A DNA stretch of 63,996 nucleotides, filler included, from an uncultured Methanosarcinales archaeon (GTDB lineage Archaea; Nanobdellota; Nanobdellia; Woesearchaeales; CAYXTQ01): the NCBI GenBank assembly GCA_964608065.1. It is 6 parts of 6 records of this genome, joined end to end, with 100 filler letters (N's around TTAATTAATTAA, not from the genome) between each part and the next. Parts side by side here need not be neighbours in the genome. Positions count along the whole stretch, not along the records: positions 37,320 to 49,489 come from CAZSMA010000045.1; positions 49,590 to 61,653 come from CAZSMA010000046.1; 4 more parts are not named here. One strand, 5' to 3'. The notes beneath the pieces were generated by a model that made no database searches, was not told where the DNA came from, and was given only the letters and a program-made list of their open reading frames with translations. The number at the start of each line of letters is the position of its first letter. The first letter of the stretch is position 1. Positions 42,830 through 51,696 of this stretch are shown one piece after another. The position numbers and the translations under genes were made by a program.

Positions 42830-42858
42830 TTGTTAAAATTCACCTCCTACTTTAGTAG

Positions 42859-42975
42859 GTACCGAAAATGCGTAACATTTTCCAGTACGTAAATTTTTAT
42901 CCAAAGAAATGCGTAGCATTTCTTGGACACCGGAAATCTCTGATTTCCCAGTGCATTGAAAATCTTGGATTTTCA
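42859..42975. repeat. Cluster of four family B hairpins
   Basis: GAAAATG/CATTTTC, AGAAATGC/GCATTTCT, GGAAATC/GATTTCC, TGAAAATC/GATTTTCA. Confidence 0.8.
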
Positions 42976-43695
42976 TTTTTCTATACCTAAAACCTTGGCA
43001 ATATCATCTAAGTCAACTTCTTCTTTTTCCATCTTAGTTTCTTTTTTTTTTTTTTGTTCTTTCTCCTTGGGTTTTTCCTTTATTGGTTTCTCTTTCTTTT
43101 CTTCTTCAAACTCTGCTTCCATCACTCTGGTTTTTATTTTCTCCTTATTGTTTTCTTCCTTTTTGTTGTTTTCATTGTTATTGCCTAATACTTCCTTAAT
43201 CTTTTTCACTAATCTTTTCTGCACTGTCTCTATATCTTTTTTATCTACTTTATTCTCAGGAATGTCTAATCCGACATTGTCATCATCATACCTTGGGATA
43301 ATATGTATCATAAAGTGCTGTGCTTTTTGTCCTGCTGCAACACCATTAGCAACAAAAACAGTAGTTCCCTGGCATTGCAAAGCTCTTAACACAGAATGAC
43401 TTAATGCTTTTGTAACCATAAACAAATGATCTACAATCTCCTCTGGGATCTGAGGCAGTATTGTATAGTGTTCTTTCGGTAAAAGAAGTAAATGCCCCGT
43501 ACTGGCAGGGTTAATATCCATTATAGCTAATGCCTTGTCATCTTCATATATTTTTTTAGAAGAAGTTTTTCCTTCCACAATATGGCAGAATATACATTGC
43601 TTTTTCTGGAACTCTTTCAACTCCTCTGGTGACATATTCTCTAGCTTCTTTTGCAGTTCCTGTGCCTGCTCTGGAGTTATATTACCAAGTTCCAT
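42973..43695 (-). CDS. HIT-family protein
   Basis: CIFC, DINPASTGH, NGVAAGQKAQHFMIHIIPR. Confidence 0.88.
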   Translation of the reverse strand: MELGNITPEQAQELQKKLENMSPEELKEFQKKQCIFCHIVEGKTSSKKIYEDDKALAIMDINPASTGHLLLLPKEHYTILPQIPEEIVDHLFMVTKALSHSVLRALQCQGTTVFVANGVAAGQKAQHFMIHIIPRYDDDNVGLDIPENKVDKKDIETVQKRLVKKIKEVLGNNNENNKKEENNKEKIKTRVMEAEFEEEKKEKPIKEKPKEKEQKKKKETKMEKEEVDLDDIAKVLGIEK

Positions 43696-43730
43696 AATCT
43701 GATAGAAAGATTGGGTTTATTTAAAGTTAT

Positions 43731-43900
43731 CGAAAACACTTGAAAATCTCGAATAGGATTTTCAGTGTCCCGGAAATTTAGTTTAAATTTCCCAGGACTT
43801 TGTTTTCGGAAACTTTAAGCTTGAAAATAGAATATATTTTCATTGGTTTGAAAACTTAGTTTTCAAATCCACGCAAATCCTTGATTTGCTTTGTTTAAAG
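43731..43900. repeat. Cluster of family B hairpins
   Basis: TGAAAATC/GATTTTCA, GGAAATTTA/TAAATTTCC, TTTGAAAAC/GTTTTCAAA, GCAAATC/GATTTGC. Confidence 0.75.
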
Positions 43901-43948
43901 CTTACTAAAACAACAAACTTTAAATAGTAATTATATTTAATTTATAGT

Positions 43949-44215
43949 ATGAAAAAAGAGGTTGAAGTATATTTAGAGATAGAAAAAAGCAGGATTAAAA
44001 GAGAAAAAGCTAAAATCGTTCTGAACAAATCTCTATTCCTATATGTTGCATTTCTTATTGTAGGTGTTTTTGGTTTTGTTAATAATTATATTGACCCAAC
44101 ACAGCTTAATATGCTTATAATTGTAGGTATCTTTGTATTATTTATAGGAACATTCCCATATGTTTTGACAACAACAAGAGAAGAGAAAAAAATAAATGAA
44201 ATGTTAAAACAATGA
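43949..44215 (+). CDS. Small two-TM hypothetical protein
   Basis: 88-aa ORF with two hydrophobic helices. Confidence 0.65.
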   Translation: MKKEVEVYLEIEKSRIKREKAKIVLNKSLFLYVAFLIVGVFGFVNNYIDPTQLNMLIIVGIFVLFIGTFPYVLTTTREEKKINEMLKQ

Positions 44216-44355
44216 AATTCTACCATTCTTTAGAATGGTGGAATGAATTGTGCTCAAAAACCACTAAAATGGTGGAATTTCAAGTGTCAAAAACCACTTG
44301 TTTTTTGTAGCACAAAAGGATTATACCACCAATCACAGATTGGTGGTTTTTGACA
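44207..44355 (+). repeat. Dispersed ~150-bp structured element (family A)
   Basis: AAACAATGAAATTC...GTGCTCAAAAACCA...GTGGAATTTCAAG..TCAAAAACCACTT...GGTGGTTTTTGACA. Confidence 0.85.
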
Positions 44356-44357
44356 AA

Positions 44358-44792
44358 ATGAGAAAAAAGGCTATAGCTCCATTAGTATCAACAATTGTTT
44401 TAATACTTTTTGCAGCAGGATTAGGTATTATAGTGATGAACTGGGGCTCTACAGCAACCTATGCAATAAAAACAATACAAGAATGTGAAAAATCAAGCTT
44501 AAACATTATAGAAATCAATGAAAAAAAAAGTGCCTGCTTTGAAGGTAATAAATTTTATTTCACTGCAGAAAACAATGGAGAAGCAACTATAGATTCCTTA
44601 AAGATCAGTTTTATTGGAGATGATGTTTACCAGGTAAATTTATATGAAAAATATTTTGTAGGAAACATAAAAAAAAATAATGTTGAATATGAAGATATTG
44701 GGCCAATTCTAAAAGTAAAAATAGCTCCTTTAGTTGGTGGAGAAATATGCGCAAAACAAAGCACAAGCATAGAAAACATACAAGCGTGCTGA
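44358..44792 (+). CDS. Archaeal type IV pilin-like protein
   Basis: MRKKA|IAPLVSTIVLI class III signal peptide. Confidence 0.8.
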   Translation: MRKKAIAPLVSTIVLILFAAGLGIIVMNWGSTATYAIKTIQECEKSSLNIIEINEKKSACFEGNKFYFTAENNGEATIDSLKISFIGDDVYQVNLYEKYFVGNIKKNNVEYEDIGPILKVKIAPLVGGEICAKQSTSIENIQAC

Positions 44793-45049
44793 AAGGAAAA
44801 AGCAAAATAAAGAAAATTGCTTTTGTTTTCACAGCTTTGCTTCCAATAGTATTAAGTGTTGCATGGATAGTATTGCTTGGTATGCCAGCTAAAAATGTTG
44901 GACTAGCTTTATCTCCTGCAAGAAGCACACCATTAGTTGTTGGTTTAGTTATATTCATAGTTGGCTATGTTGCTTTTTTATTTATGATGTTTTCTGAGGA
45001 TATAAAAGACTTCTATAAACATTTAATAAAGCATAAAACCCACCATTAA
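44786..45049 (+). CDS. Small two-TM hypothetical protein
   Basis: Two hydrophobic helices; GTG start overlapping the pilin end (start uncertain). Confidence 0.5.
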   Translation: MLKGKSKIKKIAFVFTALLPIVLSVAWIVLLGMPAKNVGLALSPARSTPLVVGLVIFIVGYVAFLFMMFSEDIKDFYKHLIKHKTHH

Positions 45050-45065
45050 TTCATAAAATTTATAT

Positions 45066-45398
45066 TTATTTTATTTTTTTAAAATGTTCATAAGCTTTGC
45101 TTAATTCTTGAATGAAATCTTCATGTAAGCTATTAGAATTCACGACTAACTCAGCAGGGCTTGTAACATACTCTGATGTTTTTAGTAGTAAATTACTTAA
45201 TACAATAAAATCATCTCCTTGGTAATTTGATAGCTCTGCTGCCAATTTGCTGTTTAGACATATGATAAATGTAATTAGCTTGAATTTATCAAACTTTACC
45301 AACATATCTTCAAGATCTGGTTCTTGCACTTGGGATTTAAATCTATGTAATATACCCATATAGTCATCAACAATTAATTCATGGACTTTAGGTATCAT
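45066..45398 (-). CDS. Hypothetical protein
   Basis: ORF with TATA-like box about 25 nt upstream; start uncertain. Confidence 0.4.
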   Translation of the reverse strand: MIPKVHELIVDDYMGILHRFKSQVQEPDLEDMLVKFDKFKLITFIICLNSKLAAELSNYQGDDFIVLSNLLLKTSEYVTSPAELVVNSNSLHEDFIQELSKAYEHFKKIK

Positions 45399-45505
45399 AG
45401 ATAATGAGATTGTTATACCCGTTATAAATATATATTTTTTTCTTTTCATTGAATTCACTAAAATTAACAAAATTTATAAACCAAATAAAAAACACTAGTT
45501 CTTAA

Positions 45506-45694
45506 GCCACGGTGGCACAACCTGGTACTGCGCAAGCCTGGAAAATTAATAAGGCAAGTAAAGACAGCTTGTTTCCTCACGGATATCCCAGTTCAAAACA
45601 ACTGGTTACGCTCGGTTGACACGCAAGGTGGAACGTAAAGTTCCACGTGCTCACTAATCGTTCGCAACCGTTGATGAAAGTCTGGGCCGTGGCG
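45506..45694 (+). tRNA. tRNA-Ser(GGA) with two introns (45544-45565 at 37/38; 45598-45680 at 59/60)
   Basis: Acceptor GCCACGG/CCGTGGC, anticodon stem CAAGC/GCTTG, long variable arm, T stem CCCAG/CTGGG. Confidence 0.9.
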
Positions 45695-45716
45695 TTTTAA
45701 CTTAGAGGCAATATAG

Positions 45717-46133
45717 ATGAAAATACCAATAGAAATCTGTCACATCAACAAAGACATTAGAAAAAAATCTTTAGAGGAAAAAGGCATTAAAAGAGTAGAA
45801 GAAATCGGATTAAAACATTATAGTAAAAAAAAGTTCAAAGTCTATAAACTATACCTTAAAGAAGGTCAGGAGAAATTAATCTCAGACATCAATAAACAAA
45901 AAATAAATTTTAAAAAAAATATAATAAAACCCATAAAAGAAGTTGGAAGATTTGATCTGTTCTGCTATAAAACAAAAACAAACTGGTTCTTTGCTGAAGT
46001 AAAAAAAATCCCCAACGACAAACCACAATACCATGAGAACCAGATGCACTGGATTAGAAAGTATCACTCTATGCTTAAGGATCATTTAAGATTTATTTTT
46101 ATTGTTCCTAAACATTGGCATGTTAAAGAATAA
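45717..46133 (+). CDS. PD-(D/E)XK nuclease, VRR-NUC-like
   Basis: GRFDLF...FAEVKK...ENQMHW. Confidence 0.6.
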   Translation: MKIPIEICHINKDIRKKSLEEKGIKRVEEIGLKHYSKKKFKVYKLYLKEGQEKLISDINKQKINFKKNIIKPIKEVGRFDLFCYKTKTNWFFAEVKKIPNDKPQYHENQMHWIRKYHSMLKDHLRFIFIVPKHWHVKE

Positions 46134-46143
46134 TAAAACAAAT

Positions 46144-46357
46144 GCCCTGCTGGTGTAGTCCGGCGATTGGTTACAAACCTATCGGACAATTAATCATTTT
46201 GCCCTCTCGCGACTGGTTACGCTCGGTCGACACGCAAAGTGCAACATAAAGTTGCACGTGCTCGCTTGTCGCTCGCAATCAGTTGAAGAAAGGCAAAGAC
46301 CTGGGTTCAAAGAAGCGAAGAGGTCAATGCTTCGCATTGAAAGTCCCAGGCGGGGCA
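46144..46357 (+). tRNA. tRNA-Glu(CTC) with three introns (46164-46189 D loop; 46210-46290 at 37/38; 46312-46343 at 59/60)
   Basis: Acceptor GCCCTGC/GCGGGGC, anticodon stem TTGCC/GGCAA, T stem CTGGG/CCCAG; BHB-type motif at each junction. Confidence 0.9.
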
Positions 46358-46561
46358 TTTTTTATAACAAAAATTAAATACTAATATTCTATAAATAGTG
46401 ATTATTGCCAACGTCGCATAACCTGGTCGTGCAGCTGTCTCGAAAACAGNNNNNNNNNNNNNNNNNNNNNNNNNNNNNNNNNNNNNNNNNNNNNNNNNNN
46501 NNNNNNNNNNNNNNNNNNNNNNNNNNNNNNNNNNNNNNNNNNNNNNNNNATAGTGATTATT

Positions 46562-46645
46562 GCCAACGTCGCATAACCTGGTCGTGCAGCTGTCTCGAAA
46601 ACAGCTGTCCTTCGGGACATGCAGGTTCAAATCCTGCCGTTGGCG
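46562..46645 (+). tRNA. tRNA-Ser(CGA), no intron
   Basis: GCCAACG/CGTTGGC, GCTGT-CTCGAAA-ACAGC, variable arm GTCC-TTCG-GGAC, TTCAAAT. Confidence 0.95.
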
Positions 46646-46708
46646 TTACTATTCTAAAATACTTACAATAGCAAATATTTAAATAATATTATTCATTATC
46701 TATATAAA

Positions 46709-47110
46709 ATGGCAGAATACAAAGGGATAGTAGATGTTGTAAATATTATCGGAAACGCATTTGGTACAGAAAAGGGTTTTTCAGATATAACAATTGAAGG
46801 TCAGTTAAAAAAACGAAAGCCTGAATTCTTAGAAGATATTTTTTTTTGTGTTGATACTATTCATTTAATCACTCAAGATGTTCATATTTTAGTAGAAAGA
46901 CAGTTTGCCAAAGGAGACCACATGATATACAAAGAGATAGAAGAAAATAGAGATCCTAAAGGGATTCTAACAAAGTTTAGCTGGAAACGCAAAGATCTAC
47001 AAATAGAAGTAGAGGCAGAGTATGAACCATTAACAAATAACAATGAACTAGTAGGTAAAGCTTATCATAAAATAAACAAATACCTAAGAGAAAAAAAAAT
47101 ATTTCTTTAA
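46709..47110 (+). CDS. Hypothetical protein
   Basis: 133-aa ORF with upstream TATA box. Confidence 0.55.
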   Translation: MAEYKGIVDVVNIIGNAFGTEKGFSDITIEGQLKKRKPEFLEDIFFCVDTIHLITQDVHILVERQFAKGDHMIYKEIEENRDPKGILTKFSWKRKDLQIEVEAEYEPLTNNNELVGKAYHKINKYLREKKIFL

Positions 47111-47814
47111 TGCCTATACTTCTTTTTAATCAACTTGGAAATATATAAAAAAGGAGTATCAAACACAGCTACAACCCATTTCATAACATACGAAACTAAG
47201 AATATCTGTATTATAATAGACCATTCAAACACCTGTCCCCATCCAAACAATCCTCCAAAACCAATAAAAGCAATCCATGTAAATATAACATTATCCAATA
47301 ACTGTGAACTCATTGTTGACAAATTATTCCTGATCCATAAATGTTTTCCTTTAAACAATTTCTTCCAGAAATCAAAAGCCCACACATCATGCAACTGACT
47401 AATGATATAAGCAGTTAATGAAGCTATTGTAATCCTAGGCAACATTGAAAATATTGTCTGCAAAGCCTCATTAGAAAAATCAGAGGAATGAGGAACAAAC
47501 TTTAAACAAATCTGCATTATAATTGTAGCAGCAATCAAAGTAAAAAAACCAATCCACACAGCTTTTCTTGCATCTTTCTTTCCATGGTTCTCATTTAGGA
47601 TATCTGTTGCTAAAAAAGTAGTTCCATATACAACATTACCTAATGCAACAACTAATCCAAATATACTTATTGTTTTCATAACCTGGATATTAGCTAAAAT
47701 AATAGCAACAGCCATCCACGCATACAACCCATTTTTACCAAAAAACCTGTAAACTAGAATTATAGCTATAAAATGCACTATCATAAACAATATCCATAAC
47801 AGTTCATTTGTCAT
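47107..47814 (-). CDS. VUT/YhhQ-family queuosine precursor transporter
   Basis: ANIQVMK, TDILNENHG, SQLHDV, LWIRNNLST, DTPF; divergent from tgt. Confidence 0.9.
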   Translation of the reverse strand: MTNELLWILFMIVHFIAIILVYRFFGKNGLYAWMAVAIILANIQVMKTISIFGLVVALGNVVYGTTFLATDILNENHGKKDARKAVWIGFFTLIAATIIMQICLKFVPHSSDFSNEALQTIFSMLPRITIASLTAYIISQLHDVWAFDFWKKLFKGKHLWIRNNLSTMSSQLLDNVIFTWIAFIGFGGLFGWGQVFEWSIIIQIFLVSYVMKWVVAVFDTPFLYISKLIKKKYRH

Positions 47815-47855
47815 TTTAGTAGGATTTAAATATTAAATATATAAATTTACTGATT

Positions 47856-49046
47856 ATGAAATTTAAAATTATTAAAAAGTATAAGAAAGCAAGATTAGGA
47901 GAAATAACATTACCTTCTGGAAAGATTAAAACTCCAGCTTTCATCCCAGTTGCAACTAAAGCTTCAGTCAAAGCTTTATCTAAACATGACTTAGAAGAAT
48001 TAAATCCTCAGATATTAATGTGTAACACTTATCATTTAATGCTAAGACCTGGTGCAGATTTAATCAAAAAATTCAAAGGACTGCATAATTTCATGAACTG
48101 GAACAAACCAATTATAACTGATTCTGCAGGATTCCAGGCTTTTAGTTTAGGTTATGGCAAAGAACACTTTACAGGAAAAATCGGAAGTTATTTTGTCGGC
48201 GATAAAAAAAGAAAGAAAGAAAAAAAAAAAATAGAAAAATTCGCTTTGATTAATGATGATTTTGTTTCATTCAAATCAATATACGATGAAAAAATAAAAA
48301 AAATTGCACCTGAAGATTCAATTAAGATACAGGAAAAATTAGGGGCAGATATCATCATAGCGTTTGACGAATGCACTTCTCCTTTTTCCTCTTATGAATA
48401 CACTAAAAACAGTCTAGAGAGAACACATAAATGGGCTGAAAGATGTGTTAAGGTACATAAGACAAAGCAGGCTTTATTCGGAGTAATCCAGGGTGGGGAA
48501 TATAAGAACCTAAGGCAGAAAAGCGCTAAATTTATTTCTAATTTAGGTTTTGATGGATACTGTATTGGCGGAAGTCTGGGAAAAACAAAAAAAAAAATGC
48601 ATCAAATCATTGACTGGTGTATTGATTTATTGCCTGAAGATAAACCAAGGCATTTACTTGGAATAGGAACTGTTGAGGATATATTTAATGCAGTTGAACG
48701 CGGAGTTGATATGTTTGATTGTGTTGCGCCTACAAGATTAGCAAGAGCAGGTTATATTTATATCTCTTATAATTCTGGAGGTAATGTTAAGAATAAATTT
48801 AGATACAGGCTTTTAGGAGCTAAATTTGAGAAAGATAAAAAACCATTGGATCCTAACTGTGAATGTAAAGTTTGTAAGACTTATTCAAGGGCATATATAA
48901 GGCATTTATTCAAATCAAAGGAATATCTTGCTTATACTTTAGCAACATATCATAATCTTTATTTTATTATTAATATGATGGAAGATATAAGAAAAGCTAT
49001 AAAGAAAGGAGAGTTTTCTAAGTTGAGGAGAAAGTGGCTGAAATAA
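47856..49046 (+). CDS. tgt: Bacterial-type tRNA-guanine(34) transglycosylase
   Basis: TPAFIPVAT, NTYHL..RPG, TDSAGFQ, FDEC, IQGG, DMFDCVAPTR, CECKVC, HN. Confidence 0.93.
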   Translation: MKFKIIKKYKKARLGEITLPSGKIKTPAFIPVATKASVKALSKHDLEELNPQILMCNTYHLMLRPGADLIKKFKGLHNFMNWNKPIITDSAGFQAFSLGYGKEHFTGKIGSYFVGDKKRKKEKKKIEKFALINDDFVSFKSIYDEKIKKIAPEDSIKIQEKLGADIIIAFDECTSPFSSYEYTKNSLERTHKWAERCVKVHKTKQALFGVIQGGEYKNLRQKSAKFISNLGFDGYCIGGSLGKTKKKMHQIIDWCIDLLPEDKPRHLLGIGTVEDIFNAVERGVDMFDCVAPTRLARAGYIYISYNSGGNVKNKFRYRLLGAKFEKDKKPLDPNCECKVCKTYSRAYIRHLFKSKEYLAYTLATYHNLYFIINMMEDIRKAIKKGEFSKLRRKWLK

Positions 49047-49048
49047 AT

Positions 49049-49366
49049 TTAAGAGCATTTTATTTTTTTTTCAGAAGAATAGTCTTTACTACCATCAACA
49101 ACCCATTCAAAGCAATTATTCTTAATAGGTAAACCTGCACACCAGTATATTTTGCCGCAATCTACACAATTTCTTTGAAATCCAAAAAAACCTCCCCAAC
49201 TTTGGTATTTTACACCTAAACACGTGCATTCTTCTCTATGCAGTATCATCCCCATAGTTACAAGTCCACCATATGAATTACCGCACTGTTTTGGGAATAC
49301 TAAAATAACAATTAAAATGATTAAAATCAATAAAATAACCCAATTAATCCTTGTTTTTAGAGTCAT
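49049..49366 (-). CDS. Small membrane-anchored Cys-rich hypothetical protein
   Basis: N-terminal TM helix, PKQCG, CTCLG, CVDCG. Confidence 0.6.
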   Translation of the reverse strand: MTLKTRINWVILLILIILIVILVFPKQCGNSYGGLVTMGMILHREECTCLGVKYQSWGGFFGFQRNCVDCGKIYWCAGLPIKNNCFEWVVDGSKDYSSEKKIKCS

Positions 49367-49436
49367 ATTAAGTTTGGTGGGGAGTATATATTTAAACTTT
49401 TCTTAGACTTTAGATTAAATTAAAATAAAAATAATA

Positions 49437-49472
<36 letters not shown>

Positions 49473-49589
49473 AAAAAAAATAATATATTNNNNNNNNNNN
49501 NNNNNNNNNNNNNNNNNNNNNNNNNNNNNNNNNTTAATTAATTAANNNNNNNNNNNNNNNNNNNNNNNNNNNNNNNNNNNNNNNNNNNN

Positions 49590-49789
49590 ATGTATTTTAA
49601 ATCTGGTTCTTTATTATAAGGGTGAAAAAAAGCATGGTATTCTAAATTAAATGTAACTCCCCCTTCAGGTGTTCTGCTTCTGACATTATTAGTTACTTCT
49701 ATCTCAATTTTAGCCCTTGTTTTATTAGAAATCACTTGTTTTGCAAGATCATCAAGTAAATCATCTATATCTTGATATTCTTTTGCCAT
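49590..49789 (-). CDS. Hypothetical protein, 3' truncated
   Basis: ATG with upstream TATA box; runs off the contig end. Confidence 0.45.
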
Positions 49790-49853
49790 AATCCTACAAA
49801 ACGAATTACTATTATTTAAATCTTTCTATTATTTAGTTACTATAAAGTAACAC

Positions 49854-50234
49854 TTAAGAAATAAGCACAGCATTAACAGTCCCATCCTGTCCAGGCCTTG
49901 AAGTAACCTTTGCCTTACCTTTCTCTGTATCTATTACAGTACCTTTTGTAATAATATTTCTTCTTACATAGTGTCTGTTAGATGGGCTTTCTACTACACT
50001 TTTTATCTTAGCCTTAGAATAAGTCTTGCTCTTCTTATCAAGTAAATTAGCAAATTCAGCATAAAATAATCTGTGCTTTACATTTTTTCCTCTGGCTTTA
50101 ATATTCTTCAATTTATTTTTACCTATCTTAGTAAGAGAAGGAAGATTACCTTTTTCATACTGTCTTTTCTTTCTATAATGTTTATATCTTCCACCAGTGG
50201 AAGTTCTCTTAGATCTGTATTGTGTCAATACCAT
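49854..50234 (-). CDS. rps8e: 30S ribosomal protein S8e
   Basis: RSKRTSTGGR...RRNIITKG...VTSRPGQDGTVNAVL; true start at MVLTQY. Confidence 0.96.
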   Translation of the reverse strand: MVLTQYRSKRTSTGGRYKHYRKKRQYEKGNLPSLTKIGKNKLKNIKARGKNVKHRLFYAEFANLLDKKSKTYSKAKIKSVVESPSNRHYVRRNIITKGTVIDTEKGKAKVTSRPGQDGTVNAVLIS

Positions 50235-50349
50235 TTTCCAACTTAGAAATTTTAAAGTATTTAAAAATGCTTCGGTTTTAAATAAAATAAAATAGTAACC
50301 TTTATATATATGATTAAAATAATAAAGTTTTTTCGCGGGGTGTAATATT

Positions 50350-50577
50350 ATGGTTGAAACATCAAGACCTTTAGACGCATTAAACAGTGCAAGAGGCAAA
50401 AGAGTTATAGTAGAACTGAAGAATGGAAAACAACTTATGGGTATGTTAAAAGCATTTGATATACACATAAACGTTGTATTAGAACAAGCAGAAGAGCATG
50501 AGAACGGAGAATTAAAGAGAAAATTAGGAGTAGTATTTATAAGAGGAGACACAATAACTATCATATCACCTGAGTAA
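50350..50577 (+). CDS. Sm-like archaeal protein (Lsm/SmAP)
   Basis: RPLDAL, LKAFDIHINVVL, IRGDTI; upstream of rpl37e as in other archaea. Confidence 0.93.
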   Translation: MVETSRPLDALNSARGKRVIVELKNGKQLMGMLKAFDIHINVVLEQAEEHENGELKRKLGVVFIRGDTITIISPE

Positions 50578-50579
50578 AA

Positions 50580-50687
50580 ATGTCAAAAGGAAATCATTCA
50601 AATTTTTACAAAAATTTGATAAAAAGAAAGTCAAGTGCTACATTTGCTTCGCAAAGTAGCACGGAGTGATTAAGATGTCAAAAGGAA
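50580..50687 (+). mobile_element. 82-bp hairpin-rich insert flanked by a 13-bp direct repeat of the rpl37e start
   Basis: ATGTCAAAAGGAA at 50580 and 50675; closing stem AATCATTC/GAGTGATT. Confidence 0.6.
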
Positions 50688-50839
50688 CTCCTTCTATGGG
50701 TAAAAAGAGCGGTAAGAAGACACATATATACTGCAGAAGATGCGGAAAAAGAACTTATCACAAGAGACATAAGACTTGCAGCAGCTGCGGTTATGGAAAA
50801 TCCTCAAGACTAAGAAGCTACAATTGGCAAAAGAAATAA
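50675..50839 (+). CDS. rpl37e: 50S ribosomal protein L37e (not in ORF track)
   Basis: [24 protein letters not shown]...[20 protein letters not shown]. Confidence 0.96.
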   Translation: MSKGTPSMGKKSGKKTHIYCRRCGKRTYHKRHKTCSSCGYGKSSRLRSYNWQKK

Positions 50840-50867
50840 AAACAAAAGAATAATTCTATATTATATA

Positions 50868-51636
50868 ATGGCTCCAAAAGTTTTAGTAGGATGTCCAACT
50901 GCAGATTTATATGATTTTTGTCTGGACGACTACAGCAAAGCTGTAAAGAATCTAACATATTCTAATTATGATATCATGTTAGTCGATAATTCCAAGGATG
51001 ATACTTACATAAATAAAATAAAAGACAAAGGATTGAACGCAATAAAATCAGAACATCATGAAAGCGCTGTTAAAAGAATTGTAACCTCTAGAAACCTATT
51101 AAGAAAATATTTTCTGGAAAATAATTATGATTATCTGTTAAGCCTCGAGCAGGATGTAATTCCGCCGAAAGAGGTTATACAGCAATTAATGAAACATAAT
51201 AAAAAGATTATCTCAGGAATATATTATATGCCAATAAAAGTTGCTGAAAACACAATTAAATTCAAACCAGTTTTATGGGATTTTCCGACTGAAGAACAAT
51301 GGCAAGAAACTTTAAAGGATCCAGAAATGAAAGAACAAATGAAAAAAAAAGGGGTCACAAGCAAAGAAGGTATGAGACATCAGTTTACTGCTGAAGAAGT
51401 AAAAAAAAATAAAATTATCAAAGTCAAGACATGCGGTGTTGGCTGTGTTTTGATTCACAGGGATGTCCTAGAAAAAGTCAAATTTAGATATAAACCAGGA
51501 GTCAAATGTTATGATGATGTTTTATTTTTGCATTGATGCAAGGAAAAACAATTTCAAAGTATATGCAGACACAAGCATTAAGTGCAAACATTTATTTTTA
51601 AAAAAACCATGGCATTGGAAAGACATAAAGTTTTAA
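50868..51636 (+). CDS. GT2-like glycosyltransferase with apparent poly-T frameshift near 51525
   Basis: VDNS, LEQDV, GVGCVLIHR; continues in another frame as FCIDARKNNFKVYADTSIKCKH. Confidence 0.8.
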
Positions 51637-51696
51637 TAATAAAAAATAAAAAGCTTTTTATAATCATCATTAGTTCATATATAAAATTCCCTTAAT

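Noticed and set aside
46395..46604. Tandem duplication of tRNA-Ser(CGA)
   Set aside because: Identical 55-nt sequences flank a 100-N gap, which is most simply an unmerged contig overlap
48140..48245. Lys-rich insertion in Tgt as another hairpin element or intron
   Set aside because: No palindrome or BHB; it lies in a loop that is commonly variable in length
50235..50564. 110-aa N-terminal extension of S8e
   Set aside because: It is the antisense shadow of the Lsm gene plus promoter DNA; the true start is 50234
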